Origin: Candidatus Poribacteria bacterium
GTDB taxonomy: Bacteria; Poribacteria; WGA-4E; UBA9662
Reading direction: 5' to 3'
DNA length: 31,200 nt
NCBI GenBank assembly: GCA_036339735.1
Contig: JAYZAL010000061.1
Location: 1 to 31,200 of the forward strand
Shown here: positions 1 to 9,125 of the stretch, in pieces
How positions within the stretch are numbered: the first letter of the stretch is position 1
Layout of the letters: each line of letters begins with the position of its first letter
Made by a program: the position numbers and the translations under genes
The notes under the pieces: generated by a model
Database searches by the model: none
What the model was told of the DNA's origin: nothing
Seen by the model: only the letters and a program-made list of their open reading frames with translations

Positions 1-185
1 TACAATACAACCACCTCCACCGTGATCGTGCTTGTATAATGTGGGATTCTCACAACGTGAGGCATTACTGGATGCCGCCATCTGTCCGATCACGTTTTAA
101 TTCGGCGCAGAAATCGCTCACTCGTTGGATGGATTACACGATCCCAGAACGAAGTATACCAGTGGCTGACAAGATTAATGATTGA
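1..185 (+). CDS. 3' end of a gene entering from the left edge, product unassigned
   Basis: Frame starting at base 3 is open (QYNHLHRDRACIMWDSHNVRHYWMPPSVRSRF...VADKIND) to TGA 183-185, followed by AT-rich intergenic DNA and a hairpin. Not in the ORF track because the start is outside the window. Confidence 0.6.
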   Translation, partial: QYNHLHRDRACIMWDSHNVRHYWMPPSVRSRFNSAQKSLTRWMDYTIPERSIPVADKIND

Positions 186-240
186 AAATCCTGGCTGTAA
201 ATACTAAATATAATTGAATAATATTTTCCCCTCACCAATT

Positions 241-287
241 ATGATCTGATCCCCAATAGGGTTGCTAATTACTTTGGGGCAGATTAT
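241..287. terminator. imperfect inverted repeat, possible terminator of the upstream gene
   Basis: ATGATCTGATCCCCAA ... TTGGGGCAGATTAT arms are near reverse complements, followed by GATTTT. Confidence 0.35.
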
Positions 288-424
288 GATTTTGGTCTTG
301 CTTCTTTGCTAAAGATCGTCGCTTTATCCCAGTGAAAAATTATACGATGAACTAATGATGATACTTCTTGCTTATATTACTGATGAGTTGATATTCTGAT
401 CATCTAACACCGATAGGAGATAGG

Positions 425-2806
425 ATGCAAACTTCGTTTATAGACTGTGTGATAGAGAATGGTTTTCTTAAATCTTTACAAGATAAAAACTCTGGCCAAA
501 ATTACATTGCTCCCAATGAGTTATCCCCACTATTAAGCATACGAGTAGGGGGTAAGACTTTCCTGCCAAATAGTATGGAGGTTATAGGTTCAGAAATGAT
601 GATTCACTATAACCAGACAGGTACCCAAATTAAGGTTGGATCTTGTGAATTGGACACGCATTTGACATTTGAGATTATCTCCGTTGACTCTGACTGCCCA
701 CTTGAATTAGTTGTTTGGGGACCATATTCAACGACTATCGGCCAAGTAATTGGAGACACTATAGGTGTGGTCAGAAATTCTAGATTTGCTATTGGTATAC
801 AATCTCTTAACCAAAAAACTTTGGGCGGGTTCCCAGAAACTGAGGACGATATTACTCCCAGCTACAGCATATTTGATCAGGACAGTTATACAGATATATC
901 CAGCGATTTTCAGCAAGAGAAAATCTTTCGAGGAAATACTGCTAAAGGAACAGATTTTGGTAGCGTTTTACAAGCATATTGTCGTAATCGAAGTAGGGAG
1001 CGGATGATACCTAACTGGAATTATGAAACATATACGGTACCAGCTTTTGAAGATGGGGGGATTATCGGTAGTAAAATCGCATTGTTTGGATGTCCAACCC
1101 AAAAGGTACTTGACATAATCGGGAGCATTGAAATAGCTGAAGGACTACCACATCCTACGATAAATGGTCAGTGGGCCAAAGAATCCTACGAAGCAACAGC
1201 TGCGTATCTAATTGCTGATTTCAGTGAAGGTAATATCCACCAAGCCTTAGAGCTCGTGAAGAAAGCAGGTCTCTCATATCTTTACCATAGTTCTCCTTTT
1301 AAGAATTGGGGACATTTCGAATTGAAGCCAGAATTATTTCCTAACGGCTGGGATGGTTTCAAGAATTGTGTTAAAGCTGCAGCCCAAAGCGACGTTCAGA
1401 TTGGTTTTCACACTTTGTCGAATTTTGTTACAACTAATGATCCTTATGTAACACCAGTTCCAGATAGAAGATTAGCTAAAGTTGGGTCAACCTATTTAAA
1501 AGACCATATCGACGATATCCAAACCGATATCTGGATAGAAAATCCTATTTTTTTTAAACAGGAAACTGAACTGAACGCAATCCTGATTGAAAATGAGTTG
1601 ATATCTTACGAAAAAATTAGCCATCAAGCCCCTTGGAAATTGATAAATTGTAGGCGAGGTGCTTGGGGAACTGACCCTTCGTCCCACAAAAAAGGTTGTC
1701 AGGTTGGAAAATTAGCCGACCACGGCTACAAGGTATTTCTCACGGATCTAAATTTATCGAAAGAAATATCTGAGAGAATTGCTGATTTCTGTTCGTATAC
1801 CGGAGCAACCCAAATTTCCTTCGACGGTCTTGAAGGAAATTTTTCGACGGGTCTGGGCCAGTATGGTCGAACTCTCTTTACAATGGCTTGGTATGAAAAG
1901 CTTGATCCACATCTCAGAGGAAAGGTTATCAATGATGCTAGCAATCCGGGACATTTTAATTGGCACGTTTACACCAGAATGAATTGGGGTGAACCGTGGT
2001 ATGCTGGGTTTCGGGAAAGCCAAACGCAATATCGGTTAAAAAATCAGGACTATTTTAGTCGTAATCTGATGCCACACATGCTTGGCTGGTTTGCCTTGAG
2101 AGAGGAAACTAGCGTTGAAGATGCAGAGTGGTTGCTGGCGAGAGCTGCGGGCTTCGATGCTGGTTTCGCCTTAGCCATGAGTTTAGATAGTAGCGCACAG
2201 CAACAGGCTGATGACAGCTCTGTTGGTAAGACCAATAACAATGTAGAAAATATTATTGAGGCCGTATCCCGATGGGAGACAGCCAGAATGTCTGGTGCTT
2301 TCCCGAAAGAAATCAAGCGTGATTTGCAAGATATCGATAAAGAATTTCACCTAAAATCGGTTTCGGGAGTCGGTGACCAATGGGATTTATTCCCGATTTA
2401 TTCTCATAAGGAAAAGTTCCAACTTATGTCTAATACTGGTCGAGAATCATCCGTTACATGCAAAATTAATAACCCCTATCAAGAGCAATATCTTTCTTTT
2501 ACTGTGGAAATACGAGGAGACAGTCGCGTTTCCGGCCTTACGATTGGTACATCAGAGAATTCATACATACAAATTGAGCGTCAGCTTTTGCCGGGAGAAA
2601 TCGCTAAGTTTGAAGGTTTCACAAATGTTGTGTTTTACTCAAATCAGTGGCAGAAATCTGGCCAACAGGATGTTGATCCTAGCCAGATTTGGGTTAAGAG
2701 CGGGTATCAAGATATCGAAATCAAAGGTCAAGTGGGGAATAACATGTCAGACATTCATATTGAGTTTCGGACTATGGGACCTCCTATTCGGCTTCGATCC
2801 AGCTGA
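425..2806 (+). CDS. uncharacterised 793-aa protein, probable (beta/alpha)8-barrel glycoside hydrolase-like
   Basis: RBS AGGAGA upstream. Beta-rich N-terminus, then the pattern 'YLIADFSEGNIHQALELVKKAG..PELFPNGWDGFKNCVKAA..VQIGFH' and 'QISFDGLEG', typical of GH27/31/36/101-like barrels. Family assignment is inference. Confidence 0.55.
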   Translation: MQTSFIDCVIENGFLKSLQDKNSGQNYIAPNELSPLLSIRVGGKTFLPNSMEVIGSEMMIHYNQTGTQIKVGSCELDTHLTFEIISVDSDCPLELVVWGPYSTTIGQVIGDTIGVVRNSRFAIGIQSLNQKTLGGFPETEDDITPSYSIFDQDSYTDISSDFQQEKIFRGNTAKGTDFGSVLQAYCRNRSRERMIPNWNYETYTVPAFEDGGIIGSKIALFGCPTQKVLDIIGSIEIAEGLPHPTINGQWAKESYEATAAYLIADFSEGNIHQALELVKKAGLSYLYHSSPFKNWGHFELKPELFPNGWDGFKNCVKAAAQSDVQIGFHTLSNFVTTNDPYVTPVPDRRLAKVGSTYLKDHIDDIQTDIWIENPIFFKQETELNAILIENELISYEKISHQAPWKLINCRRGAWGTDPSSHKKGCQVGKLADHGYKVFLTDLNLSKEISERIADFCSYTGATQISFDGLEGNFSTGLGQYGRTLFTMAWYEKLDPHLRGKVINDASNPGHFNWHVYTRMNWGEPWYAGFRESQTQYRLKNQDYFSRNLMPHMLGWFALREETSVEDAEWLLARAAGFDAGFALAMSLDSSAQQQADDSSVGKTNNNVENIIEAVSRWETARMSGAFPKEIKRDLQDIDKEFHLKSVSGVGDQWDLFPIYSHKEKFQLMSNTGRESSVTCKINNPYQEQYLSFTVEIRGDSRVSGLTIGTSENSYIQIERQLLPGEIAKFEGFTNVVFYSNQWQKSGQQDVDPSQIWVKSGYQDIEIKGQVGNNMSDIHIEFRTMGPPIRLRSS

Positions 2807-3060
2807 ATAACTAAATGAAATTTCGGTTGAGGACTTGAAAAAACAATGATTCTACTCAGTAATTATGTCGTAATAAGATATGGGTAAGTTGCCTAGTTGT
2901 GTGGATTAAGTAATTATGTTCGTAGGCTTATCAGATTCATCAATTAAAGTCGCGCACTTGGCATTATTCGATTCAGTCAAACTCTATAGCTGATTCTTTC
3001 TATTCTTGTTATATAATCTAGCTATTATAGTATATAAACGGTTACCTAAAGGATAAATAT

Positions 3061-3801
3061 ATGTTGACATCATCGGAAATGAAACAGTTTCAAGACGAGG
3101 GTTTTTTAGTTTTTGAGAATCTAATTCAGGGACCTAAGCTTGAGCACTATGTAGAGGTTTTTAATGATCTTGTGGAAAGAAGCCTATCTACGCCCATTGG
3201 TACTCCTCATTGGTCTTTTGAACTTAACGAAGATCGTGAACAAAACCAAGATCTACTACATAAGATTCAGGGAGTTTGTGTTCTAGAGTCAAAAATCTTA
3301 GACCTAGCCAAAGAAACAGTAATACTGGACCGTGTCGAATCACTTTTAGGGGAAAATCTAGATGTATTCGGTACTAAATTCTTTCCCAAACTTTCTGGAG
3401 GGGGCACTTCCGTCTTTTGGCATCAAGATAATTTCTACTTTGGAACACAATCTGATGAAATAATTAGTTGTGCCATTTACTTACAAGATTCCGATATCGA
3501 GAATGGATGTTTACGAGTCGTTCCCAAAAGCCACCTAACTGACGAAATTGCTCAGCACCACAGCAAAGATGATAGCTATGGTAGTTGGGTGGAAACGATT
3601 GACGAGTCACAAGTCGTGGATGTCGCTGTTCCAGCAGGGACGGTAGTGTTTTTCTCAGCCAATCTTCTTCATGGTACACACCCTAACACCAGCCAACGTA
3701 GTCGATACAGTACTGCTTGGCATTACATTCCGGGGAGTTTAAATCTAGAACACTTCCCTAGAGATGGATACGATGATCGGCATATTGTGCGTGGAATTTA
3801 G
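3061..3801 (+). CDS. phytanoyl-CoA dioxygenase (PhyH) family Fe(II)/2OG dioxygenase
   Basis: N-terminal 'LTSSEMKQFQDEGFLV', 'WHQD' HxD motif, 'NGCLRVVPKSH', distal His 'LLHG' and Arg 'SRY'. Confidence 0.92.
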   Translation: MLTSSEMKQFQDEGFLVFENLIQGPKLEHYVEVFNDLVERSLSTPIGTPHWSFELNEDREQNQDLLHKIQGVCVLESKILDLAKETVILDRVESLLGENLDVFGTKFFPKLSGGGTSVFWHQDNFYFGTQSDEIISCAIYLQDSDIENGCLRVVPKSHLTDEIAQHHSKDDSYGSWVETIDESQVVDVAVPAGTVVFFSANLLHGTHPNTSQRSRYSTAWHYIPGSLNLEHFPRDGYDDRHIVRGI

Positions 3802-3911
3802 GTTGATAACTAAGATATTTATGAGTTGGATTATCGATTTTTTAATAGAATCATGTTTTCCTTTCTTACACTCGATTTATAAATAGCTGACAAAAGGACT
3901 AAATTAGATTC

Positions 3912-4790
3912 GTGCAAATTCCATTGGAGTTACAATCACCACAGAAGTCGATGGTTGATAGTCCACATTTTTCGCCAAGCAGCGAATTTGATTGTCATGA
4001 TCCTTCAAACATAATTTTTCATGATCAACTTTACTATGTTTGGTATTCAAGGAATGTGGGAGATCATGAGTATGTGACCACACACTACGCGGTGTCTTCT
4101 GACGCTAATAATTGGACACTGAGAGGTGAAGCCTTACCTTCAGGTAAGGCTGGTTCTTGGGATGAATCCGGCAATCTAGCACCCTATGTGGCTTTTTGTG
4201 AAGGCTTGTACTATCTCTTTTATACTGGATTTCGAGACAGTAATTTATCGACACGACACTTAGGATATGCAGTAGCAGAAACACCTGCTGGGCCTTGGTA
4301 TCGTTCTCAAGAAGGACCTGTTTTGAAACAAAGTACAAATCAAGAGGAATGGGATAGTGATATGATGGGAGATACTAATCTCGTTTATCGTCAAGGGAAA
4401 TGGTGTCTTTACTTCAAAAGTAAACGATCAGGAGAATTACCTTGGCAAACGAGTGTTGGTTTGGCTACGTCTAAATCGATCAAGGGGCCCTATATTAAAC
4501 ACCCAAACAACCCCCTTTTTGCAGGACACGCTTTCTCAATCTGGGTGCATCGATACGGCTTAGCCGCAATCCGAGGTCGATATTGGACTGAGATATTATG
4601 GTCGGAAGATGGAGTTAATTTTGTTGATACAGGTGGTCGGATGAAAAATCAATCAACAGGTTTTTATTGCCCGGAAAATTTTGAAAATGGAATCAATGAT
4701 CGGGGTGTTGATTGGGGCTTCGATGTTGTAATGACAGACGGAAATAGGTATTTACAAAAATTTCACTGTCCAATGAAAGTAGTTAATTGA
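3912..4790 (+). CDS. five-bladed beta-propeller glycoside hydrolase, GH117-like (GH43/117 superfamily)
   Basis: Motifs 'DPSNII..YYVWYS', 'G..GSWD', 'A..PAGPW', 'GPYIKHPNNP..GH..IW' and 'WSEDGVNF' are collinear with GH117 enzymes. GTG start; exact start uncertain. Confidence 0.75.
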   Translation: MQIPLELQSPQKSMVDSPHFSPSSEFDCHDPSNIIFHDQLYYVWYSRNVGDHEYVTTHYAVSSDANNWTLRGEALPSGKAGSWDESGNLAPYVAFCEGLYYLFYTGFRDSNLSTRHLGYAVAETPAGPWYRSQEGPVLKQSTNQEEWDSDMMGDTNLVYRQGKWCLYFKSKRSGELPWQTSVGLATSKSIKGPYIKHPNNPLFAGHAFSIWVHRYGLAAIRGRYWTEILWSEDGVNFVDTGGRMKNQSTGFYCPENFENGINDRGVDWGFDVVMTDGNRYLQKFHCPMKVVN

Positions 4791-5067
4791 GCATGGATGA
4801 TTGGTAAAACAGGCAAAACTAATAATCAAAAAAGACAATATAATTAGTAAAAACATCGTGAAAAAACACGCGTTTATGCTGCTTGCACCAAGAGTGATTA
4901 ACACGAATAGGATACTAGGTGAAAGCTACAAAGATGAATATTTGTATTAAACTTTGAAAAACTAAGTTGCCAAGTTACCTTCTAAATGAATTTCGACTCT
5001 CATTATTAACTCATTCGCATTCATATGTGTTTGGTATTTGGTAAAATCCCTCTTCAGGAAATTAATT

Positions 5068-6243
5068 ATGAGTAAACTCACTACCCAGATTTTAAAAGAT
5101 TGCCGCTCTCATTTTGATGAGATTGTCTCTATCCGAAGAGATATTCATATGTATCCTGAAACTGGATTTGATGTTCACCGAACTGCAGGTATTGTTGCTA
5201 AGCAACTAGAAGATTCGGGACTGAAAGTTCGGGTAGGTGTAGGACAAACAGGAGTAGTGGGCGACATTAACGTAGTTGGAGCAACTAAACGGATAGCATT
5301 GAGAGCTGATATGGATGCTTTGCCTATGCAAGAGCTAGGGACCCCTGATTATAAATCTAGAATTAAGGGCAAGGCACATATGTGTGGACATGACGCACAT
5401 ACGGCTATGCTGATTGGTGCTGCTAAGATAATCAGCAAACTGAAGAATGAGTTAAAGACCAATGTGAGATTTATTTTTCAACCCAGTGAAGAACAATTTC
5501 CTGGCGGGGCGGCAGCTATGATTCAGGATGGAGTTCTAGATTCTGTTGATCAAATTTATGGCCTGCATGTCTGGCCATTACTGGAAACTAGCCAGTTTGC
5601 GGTCTGCCCTGGCCCAGCTTTTGGCCAACCAGATGTATTTGAAATCAACATTAAAGGTAAAGGCGGACATGCGGCCTTCCCTCACTTGACTACTGATCCT
5701 ATTTCAGTCTCTAGCCAATTCGTTTCAATGCTACAATCCATCGTTTCCCGGAATATTGATGGGCTTGAGTCTGCAGTTGTCAGTGTTACTCAGTTTCACG
5801 GTGGGACAGCTAATAACGTGATTCCTGAAGCAGTGAAACTGTCAGGAACTGTCAGAACGCTAAAAAAAGAGGTTCAGGTTAAAGTGCGACGTCGACTAGA
5901 AGAACTACTGGCAGGTGTTACCAATGCTCATGGTGCAACCTATGATTTATCATATCAGGAAGGTTATCCCGTAACCTATAATCATCAACCGTGTATCACT
6001 AAGGTTTTATCAATAGCAGAAGAGATCGTTGATTCGGATAAGGTTCTTTACCCTTACCCACCAATTCTGGGAGGAGAAGATTTCGGTTATTATTCACAAA
6101 AAGTACCGGCCTGTTTTATCTTGGTAGGTGCTGGTAATCAGGATAGAGGAATCGTTAACATGTGCCATGACCCTCGCTTCGATATTGATGAAGAATGTCT
6201 GATTTACGGAATGGCTATGCATGTTGGACTGGTTATTAATTAG
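5068..6243 (+). CDS. M20D family amidohydrolase (HipO/aminoacylase-like)
   Basis: Motifs 'RRDIHMYPE', 'ALRADMDALP', 'HMCGHDAH', 'FQPSEE', 'GKGGHAA', 'GEDF' and 'CHDPRF'. ATG 5068, preceded by AGGAA, is preferred over TTG 5038. Confidence 0.93.
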   Translation: MSKLTTQILKDCRSHFDEIVSIRRDIHMYPETGFDVHRTAGIVAKQLEDSGLKVRVGVGQTGVVGDINVVGATKRIALRADMDALPMQELGTPDYKSRIKGKAHMCGHDAHTAMLIGAAKIISKLKNELKTNVRFIFQPSEEQFPGGAAAMIQDGVLDSVDQIYGLHVWPLLETSQFAVCPGPAFGQPDVFEINIKGKGGHAAFPHLTTDPISVSSQFVSMLQSIVSRNIDGLESAVVSVTQFHGGTANNVIPEAVKLSGTVRTLKKEVQVKVRRRLEELLAGVTNAHGATYDLSYQEGYPVTYNHQPCITKVLSIAEEIVDSDKVLYPYPPILGGEDFGYYSQKVPACFILVGAGNQDRGIVNMCHDPRFDIDEECLIYGMAMHVGLVIN

Positions 6244-6536
6244 GTCAAGCCCTAATGCCAGATATATTCAATCAGGCTGCTATCCAGCCCGAGGCATAAG
6301 AACTTTTCTCAGTGGATTTCCCAAATCCGGATGCGCTTATTTCTTAACAAAACTCCTTCCGTTCTTTTCGTAATTGAGTTGTTTGACTCAGTTCAGTATA
6401 TTGAGTCATAGAAAAAATAGCTCTATCAAATCAATCAAAGAAAAGAATAATCTCCTAAGAATAAAATTTTATTGACCCTCTCTCATATTGTGTACTATGA
6501 CTGTTTTTCACACTAAATTAGGAACGGAGGAAACCC

Positions 6537-7493
6537 GTGAACCGAAAAGCAAAAATCTCGTTAGTGAGTTTTGGCCCTTTAAAAAGTAGCGAGAAAGATC
6601 GGCTTAAAAAGACATTAGCTAAAATGGAAGACTGCGTTGATCAATCAGCTCAGCTAAAAAGTGACTTGATTGCTTTTCCTGAAATTTGTAATTATCTGGG
6701 AGATATTAATCCATGGCAGTTTGAGCCGCTTGACGGCCCCACAGTAACTGCTATGAGTCGCAAAGCTAAGCAACACAACTTATATGTGGTTTGCCCACTT
6801 GGCACTATTGAAAATGGGAATAAATACAATAGCTCAGTTTTGATAGGTCGAAATGGAGAAATAGTTGGCGTCTATCACAAAAACTTTCCAACCCATGCGG
6901 AACTAGACATTGGGATTATTCCTGGTATAGAGGCTCCAGCTTTTCAAACTGACTTTGGTCGGGTAGGACTCAGCATTTGTTTTGATATCAACTACTGGGA
7001 AGTTGGTTCTGAATTATGTAAAAATGGATCTGAGTTAGTTATCTGGTCATCTATGTGGCCAGGTGAACGAATGTTGACTAAATGGGCAATTGAGTTTGGT
7101 TTCTACATTGGGTCTACTTATGCCCGACAATCTACCTTTGTAGATATTGCGGGTCGAGAAATGCTAACAAGTAATCGTAACATTAGTGATGCTGCAGGTA
7201 AATCGCCAGTCTCATCACTAGATTTGGATTTGAATCGACGTTTATTGCACCATGATAATAACATTGAGCGGTTACAGGAATTATATAAAAAATACGGGGC
7301 GACGGCTGCCTATTGTGAATGGTTACCTCAAGAATGCCTGATCGTTTTTGGGTCTCAGATTCCAGGTATATCAAGCGATGAATTGATTGAAGAGTTCAAG
7401 ATAGAAACGATGCGTTCCTATCTTGCTAGGGTCAGGAAGGATCGTCAATTAGCTCTAAATCATCAATATCCAGTAGTAGGGTCAGATTTCTGA
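6537..7493 (+). CDS. carbon-nitrogen hydrolase (nitrilase superfamily)
   Basis: Glu-Lys-Cys triad in 'FPE', 'YHK' and 'ICFD'. GGAGG RBS before the GTG start. Confidence 0.9.
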   Translation: MNRKAKISLVSFGPLKSSEKDRLKKTLAKMEDCVDQSAQLKSDLIAFPEICNYLGDINPWQFEPLDGPTVTAMSRKAKQHNLYVVCPLGTIENGNKYNSSVLIGRNGEIVGVYHKNFPTHAELDIGIIPGIEAPAFQTDFGRVGLSICFDINYWEVGSELCKNGSELVIWSSMWPGERMLTKWAIEFGFYIGSTYARQSTFVDIAGREMLTSNRNISDAAGKSPVSSLDLDLNRRLLHHDNNIERLQELYKKYGATAAYCEWLPQECLIVFGSQIPGISSDELIEEFKIETMRSYLARVRKDRQLALNHQYPVVGSDF

Positions 7494-7545
7494 AATTCCA
7501 GACAGTTCGTGAGTACAAGTCTATTTTAAAAAATATCGCTAAGTA

Positions 7546-7573
7546 AAAGGAGTACCGATTTGGGTACCCCTTT
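7546..7573. terminator. hairpin between convergent genes, probable bidirectional terminator
   Basis: AAAGGAGTACC-gatttg-GGTACCCCTTT: 11-bp stem with one mismatch (G-U on the minus strand), flanked by A/T runs. Confidence 0.6.
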
Positions 7574-7718
7574 CATCGAATGATCACTGAACCGTTACTT
7601 ATTCTGATTAGACCGATTTGGATTATATTTTAGGTCGAGCAAAAGTAATTTACATGAATGAGATAGAACTTCAAACTGGTAATTATTGTTCTTCTTGACC
7701 ATAAAATCTGAGACAGTT

Positions 7719-8810
7719 CTACTCCCACTCAACACGCGGTCCATCTACATAATCTAGAAAGCGATTGGCAACATCTGCTTGGCTAGTATCACCAGTATGA
7801 ACGATCACACGCCACCGAAAAGTTAGGGATTCATTCTCAGGCAAGTGATAATCAGGCTTAAACATCCAACAATTAGGAGCAAACAAACCATAACCACGTA
7901 CATGCCAAGTAGTTGGATAACGAAAATTTTTCGGATGATCAAAAACGGCGAACCCAACAGTTTCTCCATTATCAAGAGGGCCATAATAATCCATCCAATG
8001 AGATGGGAGGGACCAGCACCCTTTTTCATCTGTGGCACCATAAGCATTACGCATACTGCCTTCGGCATTGGCATTCATCGATGGGTTAACCCGAATGCAC
8101 AAAAACCCTCCCTCTTTGGTGTCACCAATTGTTATTGAACCGTGAGAAGCTTGAAGAGTCAGTGAAACATCAAGTACTACGGATCCCCGATCTGAATCAA
8201 ATAATCGATAGGATCGGCTATCGGTCATTAACGGCCTTTTATCTTCGTACCAGGTATTTTTTGATTCTATCAACAACGAAAGAGGATTGTGAGAAATCGA
8301 TATGTCATCTTGTTGAGTATGCCCAAATCCAGGCCGATCGGCTTGCTCGTTCCAACAATCGACGCCATTAATTGCACCTTGCATCAAGGTTAAACCACGT
8401 TGCCAAGGATGTTCACCTTTGGTCCAAGCCCCCATGGGCTCACGTAGCATGTTGACACCATTGGGTGAAAGAATCGGGTTGATAACTGGCTTGGGATAGT
8501 TGCTACCATGATGAAAGGTCATGAAAGGAGATCCAGCCAACGAAACATCTAATTTTCCGTCAGAGTCATTTGTGACAATACCCGCAGCAGCAGCTTCAGA
8601 ATCCAATTCCGAAACATCAAAACTTAACTGTGAATTACCTTCTATGGCCGGCAAATTGAGATGGTATATTGCAGAAGATGGGTCGCGCTCTGCTATTAAT
8701 CTCTGATTTGGACCTGTCAATTCTAAAAGAGGCGATTCAAAATCTTCTGGTGCCGGAATACTGGCTAAATGCGCTGGGCGTGAACGAGGGACGGAAAGTG
8801 TCAATTTCAT
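7719..8810 (-). CDS. DUF6807 / 'PmoA family' (PF14100-like) soluble protein, not a methane monooxygenase
   Basis: Motifs 'KPVINPILSPNG', 'EHPWQRGL', 'GDTKEGG..IRV', 'WMDYYG' and 'DHPKNFRYPTTWHVRGYGLFAPN'. No transmembrane helices. GGGAG RBS. Confidence 0.8.
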   Translation of the reverse strand: MKLTLSVPRSRPAHLASIPAPEDFESPLLELTGPNQRLIAERDPSSAIYHLNLPAIEGNSQLSFDVSELDSEAAAAGIVTNDSDGKLDVSLAGSPFMTFHHGSNYPKPVINPILSPNGVNMLREPMGAWTKGEHPWQRGLTLMQGAINGVDCWNEQADRPGFGHTQQDDISISHNPLSLLIESKNTWYEDKRPLMTDSRSYRLFDSDRGSVVLDVSLTLQASHGSITIGDTKEGGFLCIRVNPSMNANAEGSMRNAYGATDEKGCWSLPSHWMDYYGPLDNGETVGFAVFDHPKNFRYPTTWHVRGYGLFAPNCWMFKPDYHLPENESLTFRWRVIVHTGDTSQADVANRFLDYVDGPRVEWE

Positions 8811-8881
8811 ATATTAAATCTCCCAAAAAATAAATAGGCGAATGTTTTTTTGAATGGATCTCAGATAACGTTTACGGGCAC

Positions 8882-8905
8882 AAAAAAAGCCGAGGGGGGC
8901 TCGGC
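8882..8905 (-). terminator. intrinsic terminator in the leader of the DUF6807 gene
   Basis: Minus strand reads GCCGAG-CCCCC-CTCGGC-TTTTTTT. Confidence 0.75.
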
Positions 8906-8936
8906 AGGTTTCAAAAACTCATCACAACTCGCCGTG

Positions 8937-8965
8937 ATCCTATCAGAATTGGTCATTTCTGTCAA
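8937..8965 (-). promoter_or_regulatory. sigma70-type promoter (leftward)
   Basis: Minus strand TTGACA (8965-8960), 17-nt spacer, TAGGAT (8942-8937), with an extended -10 TG. Confidence 0.65.
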
Positions 8966-9033
8966 TGTGTAAAGCTACTTTAGCCCACTATAGGTTTTGG
9001 CTTTGTATTTGACAAGATTAAAGCGCAGCAAAC

Positions 9034-9062
9034 TTGACGAGATATAAGCGGTCGTTTATAGT
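9034..9062 (+). promoter_or_regulatory. sigma70-type promoter of the GH32-like gene
   Basis: TTGACG, 17-nt spacer, TATAGT; about 60 nt upstream of the GGAGG RBS and ATG 9126. Confidence 0.6.
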
Positions 9063-9125
9063 TGGCTAAATTTTTCCTTTCAATATACCAGTAAAATAAG
9101 CTCGTCTAAATCAGTGGAGGAGTAA

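Noticed and set aside
7719-8810. Methane monooxygenase subunit
   Set aside because: The 'PmoA family' label is a misleading family name. The protein has no transmembrane helices, and pmoB/pmoC are not present.
8905-8936. Fluoride or other known riboswitch in the DUF6807 leader
   Set aside because: The GAUG-like bases are not in the required stem/pseudoknot context, and the leader is too short for the aptamers I know.
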